This document shows, in pieces, positions 60,644 through 64,000 of a stretch of DNA of 64,000 nucleotides (the first letter of the stretch is position 1; each line of letters begins with the position of its first letter). The notes beneath the pieces are model-generated. The model searched no databases and was not told where the DNA came from. It saw nothing but the letters and a program-made list of their open reading frames with translations. The DNA is from Azolla caroliniana. Taxonomy: Eukaryota; Plantae; Polypodiophyta. Position numbers and translations under genes: made by a program. The DNA lies in the NCBI GenBank assembly GCA_043228905.1, contig JBHGNT010000015.1, positions 15,128,001 through 15,192,000 of the forward strand, in the 5' to 3' direction.

Positions 60644-60700
60644 GTGATAAATATCTTGATATATTATTTTATTTATTTATATGTAATTAAATCGGTTATA

Positions 60701-62326
60701 TTATTTTTTTACTTTTTCACGTAGTGTACGAAATACACTACGACACTCGCCCCCTCCGAACCCGCACATCCTCCGGTATGTGCCGAAGTTGCCGATGCTC
60801 GTTGTCTCCCCTTCATCCTCCGTTTGTCCCGCTATGTCAACTTTGTCTCTCCATTTTGAGTAGACCCATTCTTTCCACCCGAACCATTGTCGCCATCCGA
60901 TCCACCATATTCTTTGTTCATTCTTTGCATTGCCATGAGTGGTTGTCATGGTCCCTTGTGGTACTCTTGAGCATCTCGGTGTGTTGTCTCTCTCCACTCC
61001 GCGCTTGTCTTCCGTAGGTTCTACCCACGCGTCGATGTCGACCTCCGAATACGCGCTCGCTGTTAGGTCCTTGTGCGGCTTTAATGCATGCTTTATTTCT
61101 CGATGTTGCGCATGCGTCGTATTAGGCCGTAGCGCATGCTTCGTATTCCATCGTAGTGCATGCGTCGTATTACCCCGTAGTGCATGCTTATTTTTGCACT
61201 GTAGCGCGTGCTTCTTTTTGCGCCGTAGCGTGTGCTTCTCTTTACGCCGTAGCACGTGCTTCTTTTGGTGCCGTAGTGCGTGCTCCGTATTACATGCTTC
61301 TCCCATCATAGACCCGACCTTCGCGTTGTCATGCTTTTGTTTACATCGGAATTTCAGACGGATCATCTTCCATCCGAACCGGCTTCCGACTTTACCTTCC
61401 TTGTTGCCACCTCCCGTCTCTCCGGTCTCACGTTGGTTCTCGGACACAACCGCTGAAGTCTCTAGAATTAGTGGGTAGGAATCCTCGGTATTATCATCTT
61501 CCGTTGTTTCACCCATAGCCATGTTCTCCTTGGCTATCTCTCCTTCGTATGCATCGGCTTCGACCTTCGTTTCGTTGCCGCCACTTTCCTTATCTTCGGT
61601 GTTATGTCGACACCCGGGCTCCAGTACCGAAGTCTCCGAAACAATGGTGAAGGAATCCCTTCGTTCGTGCTCATTTACTTTGTCTTCCTCGTTGCCCTTC
61701 CGGTCCTCCACTTTTCCACCGACACATTCCGTCTCTCCGGTCTCACGTTGGTGCACGGGCACAGCCGCCGAAGTCTCTGGAACCGGTGTGGGGATACCCT
61801 TTCGTCCTTGATCTTCCTCCTCCTCGTCCTTTGTTGGCCTCGACTTTGGTTCGGTTTTAAGCTCCCCTTCAATGTCGACTTGCGACTTTTCATGCATCTC
61901 CGAACCCTTCCGCATCAAGCTCTCCTTCGGTGGTAGTCGGTGGCCGCTTTTCACCCACTGTTGACCGCCGTTCGTGGACCATGTCCTCGTCCGCTTCGGT
62001 CTTAGATAGTCATATGTGTCTCGTATAGCTTCTTCAAAGGACTCCCACATCGGGCTTTGTTGTCGTATCTCGTGGATTCTCTCTTGAAGCTCATCCGTAG
62101 CCACCCGGTTGAAAGATAACACTTGCAATCTTTCTGAGATACCATATCGCAACATCTCCATTTTGTAGTCACGTAGATAGCGTGACACGTCCTTTCCATC
62201 GAATTGCCCGTTCTGTTGCACGAGCCGTTGTACTACTGTCGTGATCTCCGACATCTCGCGTTGTTCTTGTAGCATTCTCTCGAACATCATCATCATCATG
62301 TTCATCGCCTCTTGTTGATTCTCCAT
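60701..62326 (-). CDS. Gag-like protein (541 aa from ATG): capsid-like N-terminus, acidic linker, basic His-periodic octapeptide repeats; no pol
   Basis: GQFDGKDVSRYLRDY...WESFEEAI resembles a retrotransposon Gag N-terminus (by eye); the ORF spans the whole internal region and ends inside the 3' LTR. Confidence 0.7.
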   Translation of the reverse strand: MENQQEAMNMMMMMFERMLQEQREMSEITTVVQRLVQQNGQFDGKDVSRYLRDYKMEMLRYGISERLQVLSFNRVATDELQERIHEIRQQSPMWESFEEAIRDTYDYLRPKRTRTWSTNGGQQWVKSGHRLPPKESLMRKGSEMHEKSQVDIEGELKTEPKSRPTKDEEEEDQGRKGIPTPVPETSAAVPVHQRETGETECVGGKVEDRKGNEEDKVNEHERRDSFTIVSETSVLEPGCRHNTEDKESGGNETKVEADAYEGEIAKENMAMGETTEDDNTEDSYPLILETSAVVSENQRETGETGGGNKEGKVGSRFGWKMIRLKFRCKQKHDNAKVGSMMGEACNTEHALRHQKKHVLRRKEKHTLRRKKKHALQCKNKHALRGNTTHALRWNTKHALRPNTTHAQHREIKHALKPHKDLTASAYSEVDIDAWVEPTEDKRGVERDNTPRCSRVPQGTMTTTHGNAKNEQRIWWIGWRQWFGWKEWVYSKWRDKVDIAGQTEDEGETTSIGNFGTYRRMCGFGGGECRSVFRTLREKVKK

Positions 62327-62342
62327 CTCCTTGCCACCCGCC

Positions 62343-62360
62343 TTCACGTCGGGTTCACCA
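62343..62360 (-). promoter_or_regulatory. Primer-binding site complementary to the 3' end of tRNA-Trp
   Basis: The + strand reads TTCACGTCGGGTTCACCA, which matches my recollection of the 3' 18 nt of plant cytosolic tRNA-Trp(CCA); 4 nt from the LTR. Confidence 0.8.
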
Positions 62361-64000
62361 ACTGTGTCGTGCCTTTCGGCTCCGGATCGTTTGCGTGAGT
62401 CGGGTGGGAACCGCCGGGGTTTTGGACTAGGAGGAGGAAGAATTTGAGGCTAATCTAGTTATGAATATGAATAGATTATAAGAAAGAGATATAGAAACTT
62501 GTGAATCCCACAAGTATAATTGTTTTAGTTTATCTAAATCGTAGTAATAAATTGAAATAATTTAGAATAGATTAGAGTAGATTGAGAAAAGAGATCAAAC
62601 CTTGTGAATCCCACAAGTATTACATTAATCAATATTTATGTAAGAATATGAATTTAGATTGAAAGAGATAGATTATCTTAAACTTCGTGAATCCCACGAG
62701 TATATTTTATTGATTGTTGGTGTTTTAGGAAATATATCCAATTTCCCAAATATTTTTCACACCTATTACATTGTGCTCCCCATCCTTATGTAGTGATGGG
62801 AGAGACTAAGCATAGCTACATGCTTTTTTTCTAATATGTTCATGCACACTAAATGTGCATGTGATGCTTTTCTAATCCTTGCTTTTATTTGCTAAATATA
62901 GTGCTCATGCACGCTAGATGTGCATGAGTCACTTTTTAGTCGCTTGCGTTTTTCTATAAAATATTCACGCACTCTAAAAATACATGATTTACCTTTTAAT
63001 AAAGGTAGGCGCAAATAAAGCACTTATAGTTATTAAATCTATTTATAGAACACTAAAGATAAGGTAGCATAATGGTAAAGTTGAGGTTTGGCTACGTGGA
63101 GGTACAGGGTTCAAATCCTGCCCTATGCACGTGATAAATATCTTGATATATTATTTTATTTATTTATATGTAATTAAATCGGTTATATTATTTTTTTACT
63201 TTTTCACGTAGTGTACGAAATACACTACGACAACGCCTCTGTGTATTTCCGCCGCCTGTGGCGAGGACAGCGAGCTCAAGGTCATCGCCTTGCAGCTCGC
63301 CATTGTATACTTCTCTGTGCATAGTTTTGCTTCGGAGTCTTGTACTCCCGTGGTTTTTCCCGTACAGGGTTTTCCATGTTAAATCGTGTGTCCACTGCAT
63401 TTCCCATTTTCTGCAACAACGATTCGTGTGTTTTCCTTGGTTGTGGCCGAGAGGTGAAGTTTGGAAAGTTTCAATTATTTCCATCATAGATTAAGTGTCA
63501 ATAGCTCTAAAACAAAGATTATGCTTGTGAAGAGTCAAAAAAGAGATAAACCATGGATTATGTACAATAATGAGCCACTTGAATGTGTGGAAAGCTTCAA
63601 ATATCTTGGCTTTGAATTTCTTTCAAATCGTAAATGGAATGAATGTGCTACACGCCGCTTAGAGGCGGGTAAGCGAGCATATTATGCATTTGAGAACACA
63701 TGCAATCTTGGTGGTATTAAGTGTTGGGTCCTCAAGAAATATCTTTTTCACACTTTGGTGACCCCGGTTCTTCTCTATGGGGTGGAAGTATGGGGCGGTA
63801 GCATCCCTAAATCTACGTGGCAAGAGTTTGAAAATGTCCAAAAGCATTTTCTTACAAAGTTTCTACAAGTTAAGAAACAAATGCCCTACACCCTCCTCCT
63901 TGAGACGGGATTGCTTCCCATTGAGATCATGGCCATGGAAAGGGTTGTTGAATACATGCTGAAGGTTCAAAAAAGCCCTTCACATCGACTTCCTAGAATT

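Larger units (their letters stand above)
59878..63232 (-). mobile_element. Young non-autonomous gag-only LTR element (TR-GAG-like, probably Gypsy-derived)
   Basis: 868-bp LTRs TGTCGT...ACGACA at 59878-60745 and 62365-63232 (one mismatch seen); 4-bp TSD ACGC at 59874-59877 and 63233-63236; PBS at 62343-62360; PPT GGAGGGGCGAG at 60746-60756. Confidence 0.93.
54826..63486 (+). mobile_element. Young Ty1/Copia LTR retrotransposon with intact ORF; 3' LTR interrupted by a nested element
   Basis: 5' LTR 54826-55419; 3' LTR 59534-59877 plus 63237-63486; TSD TAGAT at 54821-54825 and 63487-63491; PBS TGGTATCAGAGC at 55423-55434; PPT GAAGGGGGAG at 59522-59531 overlapping the stop codon. Confidence 0.96.
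51090..64000 (+). mobile_element. Decayed RTE-group (RTEX-like) LINE with ORF1 and APE-RT ORF2, split by a solo LTR and a Copia; continues past the window end
   Basis: Coiled-coil ORF1 with KNIVI.GIKE-like motif; APE motifs FWNCNG, ETW, GDMNART, SVIDY, SDH; RT motifs QAGFR, FVDFKKAFD, GVKQGCPLSP, YADD; segments 51090-54149, 54796-54825, 63492-64000. Confidence 0.82.

Overview
Plant nuclear DNA: spliceosomal introns, AT-rich and transposon-dense. A fern or other non-seed land plant is my inference from intron size and TE types. Left half: one apparently intact 15-exon respiratory burst oxidase homolog (RBOH, NADPH oxidase; 3230-32638, about 1030 aa). Its 17.7-kb fourth intron holds L1 fragments, Gypsy remnants, a solo LTR, a tRNA-derived SINE head and a very young intact Copia element. 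Right half: two nests of transposons. In nest 1, an RTE-group LINE hosts a decayed Copia, which hosts a solo LTR and an 11-kb TIR DNA transposon (37744-48715; GGG...CCC termini, ATAT target-site duplication (TSD)). That transposon has an intact two-exon Sola2-type DDD transposase and a convergent spliced accessory gene encoding a RING-H2 domain plus either an acidic tail or an FCP1/NIF-like (pseudo)phosphatase exon. Its introns are filled with arrays of the palindrome TAGCTAATTAGCTA, which also flanks both TIRs, or with telo-boxes. This is the best candidate for an undescribed system, possibly VANC-like anti-silencing (inference). In nest 2, an RTE-group LINE hosts a solo LTR and an intact Copia. 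The 3' LTR of that Copia carries a young gag-only LTR element with a tRNA-Trp primer site, a 4-bp TSD and a tRNA-like Pol III A/B-box cassette in both LTRs. All coordinates, alignments and family calls were made by eye; no database searches were run.
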